From positions 1 through 64,000 of the IMG/VR virus record IMGVR_UViG_3300028797_000120: 64,000 nt of DNA. One strand, given 5' to 3'. The stretch comes from an uncultured virus (IMG/VR IMGVR_UViG_3300028797_000120) (taxonomy: Duplodnaviria > Heunggongvirae > Uroviricota > Caudoviricetes). The translations under genes were made by a program, and so were the position numbers. A model generated the notes under the pieces. That model worked only from the letters and a program-made list of their open reading frames with translations, had not been told where the DNA came from and ran no database searches. This document shows positions 17,844-26,781 of the stretch, one piece after another. Within the stretch, counting starts at the first letter, position 1, and each line of letters opens with the position of its first letter.

Positions 17844-20800
17844 GTCGCCGTCGAAGTCGGCGTTGAACGCGCCACAGACTAGAGGGCAGACGTTGATTGA
17901 GCGCCCTTTCACGATGTGAGGCTTGAAGGCCATGATGTTGAACTTGTGCCACGTCGGGGCCCTGTCCATGAGAACGGGCCGCTCCTCCATGACGTCGTCC
18001 AGTATGTGCCTCGCAGTGGCGTTTCTCTCGTCGATCATCTCCTTTGAGGCGACCGGGGAATAGCCGCGCTGGACGAGCTTGCGCTCTACGAAGGGTCTGA
18101 ATATTGTCCAGGCCATGTCCTCAGGGATCCCGATCTGGTCCATGCTGAGGTTGCCGTTCGGGGTGATGACGGAGCGTCCGACGAGGTCCTGGGTCTTCGA
18201 GACGGTCTTTGCCTGGAACATCCCCATCTTCGGGACTGTCCCTATCACCTGCCTGACGGCGCCCTTGAGGTTCTTCGCGCGGCCCTCCTGCGTTACGGGG
18301 TCACCGAGCCCGTAGGCGGCCTTCACGGCCCCGTAGACGGCAAGGCGCTCGTCCGCGAGGGCGGAGGCGGGGAGCTCCCTGGAGAGGTCCTCGTAGTTGC
18401 GCTTCATCTCGATGAGCTCCTTGTAGAGCTCGTTCATGTCGGGCACGAGGGCTACGTCGCCCATCTTGGAGACCGGGCGGAACATGGGCGGGAGAACGGG
18501 AACCCGCGAGATCATCCAGTCTGACGGAGAGATGCCCATCTTATTGGCGGACTTCAGGTATCCGAGGACCTTAACGGCGTTGTCCCGCTGCGCCCCGCGC
18601 CTGGTTAGAACCTCCGAGCGGGCCTTCTCGATGGCGCCGTCCACGTCGACCTTCGACAGGGCTTCCCTGAGGGCTTCCCCGCCCGTCTTGCCGTTCAGCT
18701 CCTCGCGTCCGGAGAGGACGGCCTCCATTTTCTTCGCCGTCAGTCCGAGGACGCGGCGTACGGGCTCCTCCATCATCGGGTTTGGGACGGGATCCGGGAG
18801 CGTGATCATGCTCCAGCGGTTTCCGCCCATCCCGCCCGTCTTTCCGAGGTCGAAGAGTCCTCCCCTTACGGGGTTCATGTCGGGGTCGACCATCTGCGAG
18901 GAGTCGATCACTCGGCCCTGGGCGAGCTCGTCGATGTCCTTGTCGGTCTGCGGCATGATGGATGTGACGTCTCCCTTCTCCACGACGTTCACGCCGCCGG
19001 CGCGGAGTGTGTTCAGGAACTTCTGGTAGATGAACGGCACTCCGGGCTCCTCGACGGGGAGCCCGAGGCGGTAGCGGCGCCAGTACTCGTCGTTGCGCGA
19101 GCCGCGCAGGGTTATGGAGTCCTTCAGGACGTCGGTCGCGCCGTGAGAGAGCAGGGCCGTCGCGTCAAAACCAGAATTTGAAACCAGGCAGTCAGAAGCA
19201 CAGTATTTGTGCGATTTCGCAACTGTAATGTCATACAGGCATATTTCGTCGTCTGGACCATGCTTGCCATCGCTGTACGGCCTCACAGATGTGACAAGCG
19301 CCGGGACGCTTCCAAGTGCGTAAGCAGTGTCTACACCTACGTACGTTTCATACAGCCTTGAAACTTCATTTATCAGCCACTTCTTAGAGGCTGGTATGTC
19401 TTCAGGCCTGATGTATTTGGCTACAATACGAGCCATACTGCGGCAGGCATCAGCAGACAACCCCAAGTAATAATACTCTTTTTTTACACCTTTGTAGGTT
19501 TTATGCGTCGTCCTGACAGTCACGCCAGCGCCAAGCCTCCCGCAAAGCCATTCGGCAAGCCTACAGTTCTCTTCATACGTAAAGTTCAATGTTGATATTG
19601 CCCCAAATGGGCTACCGGTCGGCACTCCATTCTTCGTGTGCTCAGATGCGCAGCCATCGTCAAGGAACCATGCGGCTATGCCGACATCATTTATGTTAGA
19701 CAGGTCGACGTTGACAAGGCTCTTACGACCGAGAGACCCGTCTGGCTGTCTATAGAACATGTTCTTGAGCCGTTCTGCTATGTCATGGCGGTGAATCTGA
19801 AAATACACAATATGCGAGTCGTCTCCATCAGCACGCCTAAATCCAGTCTTGCTCTTCCTCTGGGTGTTCTTTCTGCTTGACACCAGCGCTCCTAGGCAGT
19901 GTATCTTCCAGTTGACGTAGGCGTACTGATGGTGGCTGTGCTGCTCTTGGTAGAACGGTATACATCCGACGTCTAAGCTATTCGTCCTGTCAGACTTGCA
20001 TAGATTGTCGTTTATATTGCATATGCATCCATCGCCAAGCATAGAACCCATTAGAATGGACATCTGGTCCTCTGTAGGCACATACCCGTATGTCGTCAGC
20101 CAGTCACCAGGCCTTAAATCACCAGCAAGAACTTCACCTTTGTTGAAGGAGTACATGTGATGCTGACGTGTGACATGCATCGTCTTGCCTGTGTATACTA
20201 CTCGCTTACGGCTACAATTATCTGACCCTGGCAGATAGTTAATTGATATGGACAGAACCTCTGACATCTTCCCCTTGCGGCAGAACCAGTTCGTTATGAG
20301 AGAATAACCCCATGACCCGTTGTCGAAGCGGGTCCACACGTATTCGGGAATTTTCTTGTCTACGATATGACCTATGGATTCCTCTCCATGCAATACCCTG
20401 ATCGGCTGATCTGCGGTGAAACACATACGCTTAGCACCGTCATCGCCCCCCTTGGCCGGCTGCTCGTCCATCGTGTAGGCGCTGTCCACGCCGCGTGCCG
20501 AGAACTTCTTTTCGGCCAGGTGGTGGAACGCCTTGACGTACGCGTACCCGTCTCCGACGTTCTTGATGATCCTTCCCGTCTGCGGGTCGAACACGTCTGA
20601 CGACTCCTTGACGCCGTTCTCGTCCATCTGCCGTTTGACCCATGCGGTCCACCCCTCTTGCGGCGGCAGCTGAGGGATGCGGATCTGCTTCCCTGTCTTC
20701 TTGGCCACCTTGGCGAGGTTCATCAGGGCTATCTGGCCCGGGGCGACGCGGGAGAGGAAACCCATGGGGTTCATCAGCATGTCGTACGGCTCGTTCGTGG

Positions 20801-23800
20801 CCGCGTCGCGCGGCATCTTATCGTCCGGGATGACGTCCGAGACGACCCCCTTTAGAGAGAAATCGGGGCACAGCTTGTCGCCGGGCTTCACAGGAGGGTC
20901 GCTGTTGACGATCACCTTCGCGCCGTGCGGTCCCGACACGATGTCCGTGACGACTCCAGGCCAGTCGTGCTCCCACTTCTGTGATCTGTCCGTGATGGCG
21001 TTCCTCAGGACGCCGGAGAGCTTTCCGAGCTGTGCGTTCTCCGGTGACAGCATCTTGGGCCCGATGGCGAGGATCATGGGGTCGTCCCTGTGGAGCACGG
21101 TACCGACCTTTACGACGCCGTCGTCCCCGATCGTGTCGGCCTGCGCCTTCGTGTAGGCCGACGGGAACGCCGCGAGGAACTTCGACCTGGCGATCTGCAC
21201 GCCGTTCTTAGTGTCCTGCTCGAAGTTGTACGTGCGCGACGTGGCGAGCTTCTTCGCCGCGGATTCCGAGATCACGATGGCGTCCTCGAACGACGACGTG
21301 CCCTGCGGGGCGGGAAGCACGGCGACCTTCAGGTTCCGTCCCATGGTGACCGTTCCGGTCTTCGGGTCGGTGAAGTTGGAGTTGGCGAGGATTCCGCCCT
21401 CCTCCACCTCGTCTCCCTTTTTCACCTGGGCGGTGAACGAGAGGGAGGACAGGCGGTTGAACGGGAGGCCCTTGACGAGCGACGCGGTGTGCTCGCGGCC
21501 GTCCTTCCCGCGGAGGACGATCTCATTGTCGCTCACCTTCACTACGGTACCGGCGAACGGGGCCGTCAGGCATCCGACCCTCCGCCCGTAGTACTCGCCG
21601 TACGTCGTTTTCCCGTCGTCGGTCAGGCTCTCGACAAGAGGAACCTCTCCCTCTTTCTGGGGGAGGAACTGCTCCCAGAACTTCGACATGTAGAACTGGC
21701 GGGCGCCCATGACGGCCGTTGGCATCGGGTTCATGTTGATGCCGGCAGACACGGTGTTGCCGAACCCAGGCACCATGAAGTCCACCTCGTCCCTGGGGAC
21801 CATCGTAGGCACGCCCTTGCGCATGACGTAGAGGTTGGGTGACTTCGGGTCCTGGCCCGGGAAGGCCACGGTGTGGGACGACGCGTCGTTCAGGGAGACG
21901 TAGCGGGTTTTACCGGTCCGCATGTCGATCATCTTGTTGTAGATCCGGTTGTCGCTCCCCTTCATCGTCCCGAGCGCCGCCCTGACGTCGATCCCGATGC
22001 CGAACGACTCAGGACCGCTGATGAAGTCCACGTAGCCCAGGTAGTCACCCTGGACGTTGCGGGCCTCGTTGGTCACGAGGTCGGGCGAGGAGATGCCGCC
22101 CTCCCCAAGGCGGGTGATGCGGGACTGCTGGGTGAGGAGCGACATCGGGTTCGCCTCCTCTCCTGGCATCGCGAGTCCGGACCCCGAGAGAAAGGTGTCG
22201 AGATAGGGCCCGAGCGCGTTCCTGGCTATGCGGGCCAGCGAGCGGTCCCGCTTCGCCCTGAACAGGAGGGACTTCGTGAGGCGTCCAGAGTCGCGGTCGA
22301 TGCGCTCGCGCATCATGTCCTCCACCCCGTAGAACCGGCTGAAGCGGGGGTTGTCGCGCTCGTCCGGCTCCTCAGCGCCCCTGTTGATGTTCAGGAGCTT
22401 CTGCGCGGCCCTGAGCATGACCTTCCCGGTCACTCCAGAGGCGTTCTCAAGCCCGAGCGTCCGGACGACGACGTCTGGGTCGAGCCCGCTGGAGGCAAGC
22501 GACTCGGAGATGAACGAGGCCTTCTCGGACGGGGTCAGGCTCATGTCGGCCCGGCGGCCGGCGTAGCGCGCGTAGACCTTGTCGACGGCCCTAGGGTCGA
22601 ACTTGGCGATGTTCACGTTCGCAACGGCGTCTCCCCAGGACTTCCGCATGTCGTCATCCGACACGCCGAGGGCGCTCAAAATGGGGTAAAGGGGGACATG
22701 GCCCTGTCCGACGCTCATGTTCAGTGCGCCGGTCGACCTGTCCAGTCCGATCCGGAAGCCGAGCCCGTTCGCCACGTTGAACTGGGACTCGAGCTCGCCG
22801 TTCTGCTTGCGGCGCACGTAGACCCCGGGGGACAGGCGGGCCTGAGAGATGACGGTGTACTCGCTCCCGTTATTGATGATCGTTCCCCTGTCGGTGTAGT
22901 AAGGTACCCTGATGACGCCGTCCCTTCGCTCGTCCAGGACTTTCCCGGTGCGCTTGTCCGTCAGGCGCCACGTCCCGGCGACAGAGCATCCGAGGCGCCT
23001 GTTGTTCAGGATGGCCCTCTTCTGCTGCTCAAGCGTGTAGGAGGTAGGACCCTCGTATTTAACGTCCAGAAGCTCGAGGCGCACGTCGTCGTTCTCGATC
23101 GGGAAGCGGTTCTTGACGGCTTCAAGGACGTTGTCCATGATGGCCTGCCGAGTGGCCGGCGCGTCCGTGAACCCGCGTAGCCTCACGCCCGGAGGCACGC
23201 CCTCCATGGGATCGTCGGCGTCGTCCGCCTGGGAAGTCTTGACTATGCTCTTCTCTTTCTTATATCCGGAAGCAGTCTCCTCGTCGTCAAGATTCTTCTG
23301 AGCCTCTTCCCGAGTGTTGAACACCTTCCCGGGATGGTCTCCGAACCCGCCGTACATGGCGAGTCCGGTGGTCTTAAACCTTCCCCCTTCTTCGATGTCT
23401 GGGGAATCTAGCCAGCAGCAGTAGTAATCCTTTCCGTTGGACCGCTTCCCGCCGTAATAGTATCCTACGATCTTACGTACCTTTCCACTCATCCTCGCGT
23501 GAGGGAAGGTTACCCATTTCCCGATAGGAAATTTTTCCTTCATTTCCGCGGGGATATCATCCTCCTCATGACGATCTTGCGATGTCTTGACGATGCTCTT
23601 TTTTTCGGCTGGATCTGATTTGGCGGCAGGGGCCTTGTCCGCGGGAGCCTGTTTTTCGGTCTTGGCTGGATTCGAGGCCTCCTGGTTCAGGACCCAGACG
23701 TCACCGTTCCTCCTGAGCCTCTTCATGAAGTCGCTGTGGAGCTTCGCCGACTTCGCGACGGCCGCCTCGCTGTAGCTCCTGTTCCCGGGTATCGTGTGGG

Positions 23801-24950
23801 CAGGAGTAAACACCTTTCTCAGAAGCCAGTCGGCGTACTTGTCAGCGGTGAACTCCGCCCCGGCGGCCATGTGGGCCTTGTAACCGGACCTGGACGGCAT
23901 GTAGACCTTCGTGAAATAGTCGATCTGGCTGTCGGACGAGTCTTGAAGCCCGTTCTTCGCGAGCCACGCCTTATAAGCATCAAGAGAGGGGCCCGTGTAC
24001 TGGAAGAGCCCGCGTCCACCTCCCCCTCCCATCTGCTTAGTGGCGTAGTCGAATCTACCTCCTGTCTCCCTGTCTATGTTCGCCAGCACAGCGGCCTCTA
24101 GAATCGGGTTGTTCAGATTCTCGTGGAGCCTCTTTGCAACGTTATTGAACCTTTCGTAGACATCCACCGGACCGGCGGCTTGCTTTGGCGGGGGGATAAC
24201 AATTTTCTGCCCGATAGAGAGAACGTTCGGGTTCTTGAGGCTGTTCGCGGCGATCAGCTCTTTCAAAGGAACCTTTAGCTTTTGGGCGATACCGTAAAGC
24301 GAGTCGCCCTTCTGGACGACGTATTCGGACGGGCGATTGACAGGATTGACCTGGGCCGCCTTCTCGTTGACCTTTATCGGATCGACGATCGGAGCGACGG
24401 ACCTGTACTCGTGGAACGGCTTGGTCTTGCGGTCAGACGAGTCGATCCACTTCCTGAACTCGGCCTTGGAGACAGGCGTGATCCATCCTAGGCCATTCCA
24501 CCCCTTCTGGTAGCAGGCTAGGTAGGTCTTCTTGGCGTCCTCGACGCTGTCGAAACCGTACATGACCTTGTGCTCGTCGAACTTTCCGGTCTTGGGGTCC
24601 ACCTGGTCGATGACGAAGACGCACCCCTTCTCCGGATGGTCGGACAGGTAGATGTCCACCGGGTCGCCGTCCGTGTCTGTCGTGCCCCTGATGTCTCCGT
24701 AGTCGCATGCGAGAGCATTGCTCCACCTCGTCCCGTCCGGAGAGACCCCGGATCGGATTGACCCCTTCGGGTTCTCTATGGACACGCGGAACCCGTCGAT
24801 GGACAGGTGGACCTTTCTGTAGTTCCCCGCCCTTCTCTGCCCTTCTGTGGGGTTCTCGGCTGCGTCAGGGGCTCCTGCGTTCACGGCGCGCTGCGCCGGC
24901 GAGGAGGCCTTTTTCGAGAAGATCGAGTCGATGGTTTCAAGTAGCGTCAT
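17679..24950 (-). CDS. Polyprotein: inorganic pyrophosphatase-like domain + LysM + phage tail-lysozyme-like domain + fused RNA polymerase beta/beta'(N-half), with inteins
   Basis: PPase DYGDIRGTTDTDGDPVD/FDEHKVM; LysM YVVQKGDSLYGIA..NPNVLSIGQKIVIP; lysozyme LANIDRETGG..GRGLFQYTG; beta motifs GTIINNGSEYTVISQ, FEDAIVISE, GDKL..KGVV, NPMGFLSR; beta' motifs GGLFD, PVLPPMFRP, GRSVITP, RAPTWHK, NADFDGD. Confidence 0.92.
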   Translation of the reverse strand: MTLLETIDSIFSKKASSPAQRAVNAGAPDAAENPTEGQRRAGNYRKVHLSIDGFRVSIENPKGSIRSGVSPDGTRWSNALACDYGDIRGTTDTDGDPVDIYLSDHPEKGCVFVIDQVDPKTGKFDEHKVMYGFDSVEDAKKTYLACYQKGWNGLGWITPVSKAEFRKWIDSSDRKTKPFHEYRSVAPIVDPIKVNEKAAQVNPVNRPSEYVVQKGDSLYGIAQKLKVPLKELIAANSLKNPNVLSIGQKIVIPPPKQAAGPVDVYERFNNVAKRLHENLNNPILEAAVLANIDRETGGRFDYATKQMGGGGGRGLFQYTGPSLDAYKAWLAKNGLQDSSDSQIDYFTKVYMPSRSGYKAHMAAGAEFTADKYADWLLRKVFTPAHTIPGNRSYSEAAVAKSAKLHSDFMKRLRRNGDVWVLNQEASNPAKTEKQAPADKAPAAKSDPAEKKSIVKTSQDRHEEDDIPAEMKEKFPIGKWVTFPHARMSGKVRKIVGYYYGGKRSNGKDYYCCWLDSPDIEEGGRFKTTGLAMYGGFGDHPGKVFNTREEAQKNLDDEETASGYKKEKSIVKTSQADDADDPMEGVPPGVRLRGFTDAPATRQAIMDNVLEAVKNRFPIENDDVRLELLDVKYEGPTSYTLEQQKRAILNNRRLGCSVAGTWRLTDKRTGKVLDERRDGVIRVPYYTDRGTIINNGSEYTVISQARLSPGVYVRRKQNGELESQFNVANGLGFRIGLDRSTGALNMSVGQGHVPLYPILSALGVSDDDMRKSWGDAVANVNIAKFDPRAVDKVYARYAGRRADMSLTPSEKASFISESLASSGLDPDVVVRTLGLENASGVTGKVMLRAAQKLLNINRGAEEPDERDNPRFSRFYGVEDMMRERIDRDSGRLTKSLLFRAKRDRSLARIARNALGPYLDTFLSGSGLAMPGEEANPMSLLTQQSRITRLGEGGISSPDLVTNEARNVQGDYLGYVDFISGPESFGIGIDVRAALGTMKGSDNRIYNKMIDMRTGKTRYVSLNDASSHTVAFPGQDPKSPNLYVMRKGVPTMVPRDEVDFMVPGFGNTVSAGINMNPMPTAVMGARQFYMSKFWEQFLPQKEGEVPLVESLTDDGKTTYGEYYGRRVGCLTAPFAGTVVKVSDNEIVLRGKDGREHTASLVKGLPFNRLSSLSFTAQVKKGDEVEEGGILANSNFTDPKTGTVTMGRNLKVAVLPAPQGTSSFEDAIVISESAAKKLATSRTYNFEQDTKNGVQIARSKFLAAFPSAYTKAQADTIGDDGVVKVGTVLHRDDPMILAIGPKMLSPENAQLGKLSGVLRNAITDRSQKWEHDWPGVVTDIVSGPHGAKVIVNSDPPVKPGDKLCPDFSLKGVVSDVIPDDKMPRDAATNEPYDMLMNPMGFLSRVAPGQIALMNLAKVAKKTGKQIRIPQLPPQEGWTAWVKRQMDENGVKESSDVFDPQTGRIIKNVGDGYAYVKAFHHLAEKKFSARGVDSAYTMDEQPAKGGDDGAKRMCFTADQPIRVLHGEESIGHIVDKKIPEYVWTRFDNGSWGYSLITNWFCRKGKMSEVLSISINYLPGSDNCSRKRVVYTGKTMHVTRQHHMYSFNKGEVLAGDLRPGDWLTTYGYVPTEDQMSILMGSMLGDGCICNINDNLCKSDRTNSLDVGCIPFYQEQHSHHQYAYVNWKIHCLGALVSSRKNTQRKSKTGFRRADGDDSHIVYFQIHRHDIAERLKNMFYRQPDGSLGRKSLVNVDLSNINDVGIAAWFLDDGCASEHTKNGVPTGSPFGAISTLNFTYEENCRLAEWLCGRLGAGVTVRTTHKTYKGVKKEYYYLGLSADACRSMARIVAKYIRPEDIPASKKWLINEVSRLYETYVGVDTAYALGSVPALVTSVRPYSDGKHGPDDEICLYDITVAKSHKYCASDCLVSNSGFDATALLSHGATDVLKDSITLRGSRNDEYWRRYRLGLPVEEPGVPFIYQKFLNTLRAGGVNVVEKGDVTSIMPQTDKDIDELAQGRVIDSSQMVDPDMNPVRGGLFDLGKTGGMGGNRWSMITLPDPVPNPMMEEPVRRVLGLTAKKMEAVLSGREELNGKTGGEALREALSKVDVDGAIEKARSEVLTRRGAQRDNAVKVLGYLKSANKMGISPSDWMISRVPVLPPMFRPVSKMGDVALVPDMNELYKELIEMKRNYEDLSRELPASALADERLAVYGAVKAAYGLGDPVTQEGRAKNLKGAVRQVIGTVPKMGMFQAKTVSKTQDLVGRSVITPNGNLSMDQIGIPEDMAWTIFRPFVERKLVQRGYSPVASKEMIDERNATARHILDDVMEERPVLMDRAPTWHKFNIMAFKPHIVKGRSINVCPLVCGAFNADFDGDQQIGSVRVSLTGKALDDFLSSKDIGCINLKFLINYHASNQKRSLGDADQKERGG
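17741..17769 (-). promoter_or_regulatory. Sigma70-like promoter embedded in the IntN coding sequence
   Basis: TTGCAT-17 nt-TAAATT with TG extension, in an AT-rich island ~34 nt upstream of the ATG at 17707. Confidence 0.55.
19176..20423 (-). mobile_element. Intein 1 (contiguous, 416 aa, LAGLIDADG endonuclease) in the RNAP beta C-terminal region
   Basis: GAKRM|CFTADQP...VTRQHHM...LMGSMLGDGC...AWFLDDGC...YDITVAKSHKY..LVSN|SGFDATALLSHGA; exteins align with RpoB GQRFGEMEVWALEAYGA; lower GC than flanks. Confidence 0.92.
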
Positions 24951-25065
24951 TTCTTCACCTGTGAGTTCTCAGCGCCGGTCACCGCGTTTCCTCTCGAATA
25001 GACCGGAACGGGCCATTTTTCGTTGAGCCGGCCATCTTTGATCGGGTAGTGTATTAAGCGGTCTT

Positions 25066-26781
25066 CTAGGTTTTGGCATTCGAGACGGTGGAAGGCTGCG
25101 GAGCCATACCTGAAAGAGCCTTGTTCACATAGTTTCTAGTGAACATCCTCCTCAATCCCAGACCGTTCATAAGCCAGCTCAGGAATCTAAACCACAGGCT
25201 CCCTCCCCTAGCCCACCCGTTATTTACGATCATTCTGTTCGTCCTGTCCTCCACCAATTGGTTCCACCCGGGGTGACTCCCATCGTTTAGGTAGCTCGTG
25301 AACAGGTCCCCTACCCTCTTGTCGGTGGTAACCCTTCTCTGAAGCTCATTCGGATCAAGTTTGGCGAACATGCCAAGCCTGTCCTTCGGAATCATCTCAA
25401 GCATTTTTTCCCTAGCGAGACGGGTATTCGGGTTTTCAGGGTCATACGCTTTCGCTATATCCAAAAGCTTATCCTTGTTCTTCTCATCGCTTATGATACC
25501 GTATATTTCGTTTACGGCGTTACCGTATCCTGTGTCATTAGCTTCATACGCATCCTTTGGGACGAATTCCTCCTTAATTTTGTCCACGGCCCTACTGAAT
25601 AAGTTCACCGAGTCTTCCGCCTTTTTCTCCATTACAAAGTCCATGAACATGGCCTGCTTGATGGACGCGGCTGCGAGTGCGGCCTCAGGCCGGATCCTCA
25701 TGTCCTTACCGTCAACTGTCCTGTATAGGACGAACCGGTCGTCCGGTATCGAGCTGGACCTGTCCTTCGCCTCCTCCTTCTCCCTCTTGCGCATCTCCAT
25801 GATCTTGTTCGTGACCATCCACATGGCGACGGCCGGGATAATGAACGACGATCCTATCACGGCTCCGGTAAGCGAGTTGATGTTCTCTCTGGGACCGTAT
25901 CCCTCCTCCTGGGCCGTTTTCTCGCCTCCGCCCTGCAGGATGTTGACGTAGCGATTCCTTGCCCGCTCGGCGTTCTTCATTGAATTCTGCGCCCTCATCT
26001 TGTTTACCCTGTCGACAATCATGGCGGACAGGTAGATGGCGCCGACCCCTCCAGCCGATATGGCAGTAGGGACGAAGGCCCCGGACTGGATGAACGCCTT
26101 CATCGTCTTGCCAGGATGGGCTATGGCCTTCCACGTCGAGTCAGCCCAATCAAGGTTCCAGCCGTCGTCCTTGGCCGTTTTCTCGTTTGATCCGGAATCT
26201 TGCCCGTTTCCTCCATCCCCGTTATCGCGCTTCTCTCGCTCCTCCTCGGCCTTCATAACGCCGATCGGGGATGTCGGGGACACGAACCTTCCGGCGTCGT
26301 CCCTGGGGAGATCCGTCTTTTTGTCACCGCCTTTCTCCGGAACGTCATCCTTGCCGCCCTCAGGCTTCGCCTTATCGGGCTCTGGAGAGCCTGACCCGTC
26401 CACGGCAGCCTTCGTGCCGAAAAAGTCGAACCGCCTCTCGCTCTTTCTCGATATCTCCCTCTTGAGACTGTCGATATCCTTTTTATCCATCCCCGAGATG
26501 TCCGTCTTCGCCACAGCGTCCGTTTCCCCTCCGAACATCCTCCTGTGCTCCTCCGGCGTCGGCAGGCCCTTTGTGAAGTTGGACTTATCGATGTCGACTA
26601 TGATCGCACTCTTGGACTTGTGAGGGTCAATGGCCTTCCGGCGCTTATCGTCCGACTTGACCCCGCTCGCGTACGTCCCGATCCCGGCCGACAGGACGCC
26701 GGCACCGAGAGCCCACCTCAGGTATTTCGCGAGTTCCTTACGCTGCCTTTCATCAAGTTGCAACTTAGCGCTCTTAATCAT
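25066..26781 (-). CDS. Hypothetical multi-pass membrane-like virion protein
   Basis: Likely start MIKSAK at 26781 (AAGGAG RBS); several hydrophobic segments preceded by KSA/KTA/KTA/KKA motifs. Confidence 0.7.
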   Translation of the reverse strand: MIKSAKLQLDERQRKELAKYLRWALGAGVLSAGIGTYASGVKSDDKRRKAIDPHKSKSAIIVDIDKSNFTKGLPTPEEHRRMFGGETDAVAKTDISGMDKKDIDSLKREISRKSERRFDFFGTKAAVDGSGSPEPDKAKPEGGKDDVPEKGGDKKTDLPRDDAGRFVSPTSPIGVMKAEEEREKRDNGDGGNGQDSGSNEKTAKDDGWNLDWADSTWKAIAHPGKTMKAFIQSGAFVPTAISAGGVGAIYLSAMIVDRVNKMRAQNSMKNAERARNRYVNILQGGGEKTAQEEGYGPRENINSLTGAVIGSSFIIPAVAMWMVTNKIMEMRKREKEEAKDRSSSIPDDRFVLYRTVDGKDMRIRPEAALAAASIKQAMFMDFVMEKKAEDSVNLFSRAVDKIKEEFVPKDAYEANDTGYGNAVNEIYGIISDEKNKDKLLDIAKAYDPENPNTRLAREKMLEMIPKDRLGMFAKLDPNELQRRVTTDKRVGDLFTSYLNDGSHPGWNQLVEDRTNRMIVNNGWARGGSLWFRFLSWLMNGLGLRRMFTRNYVNKALSGMAPQPSTVSNAKT

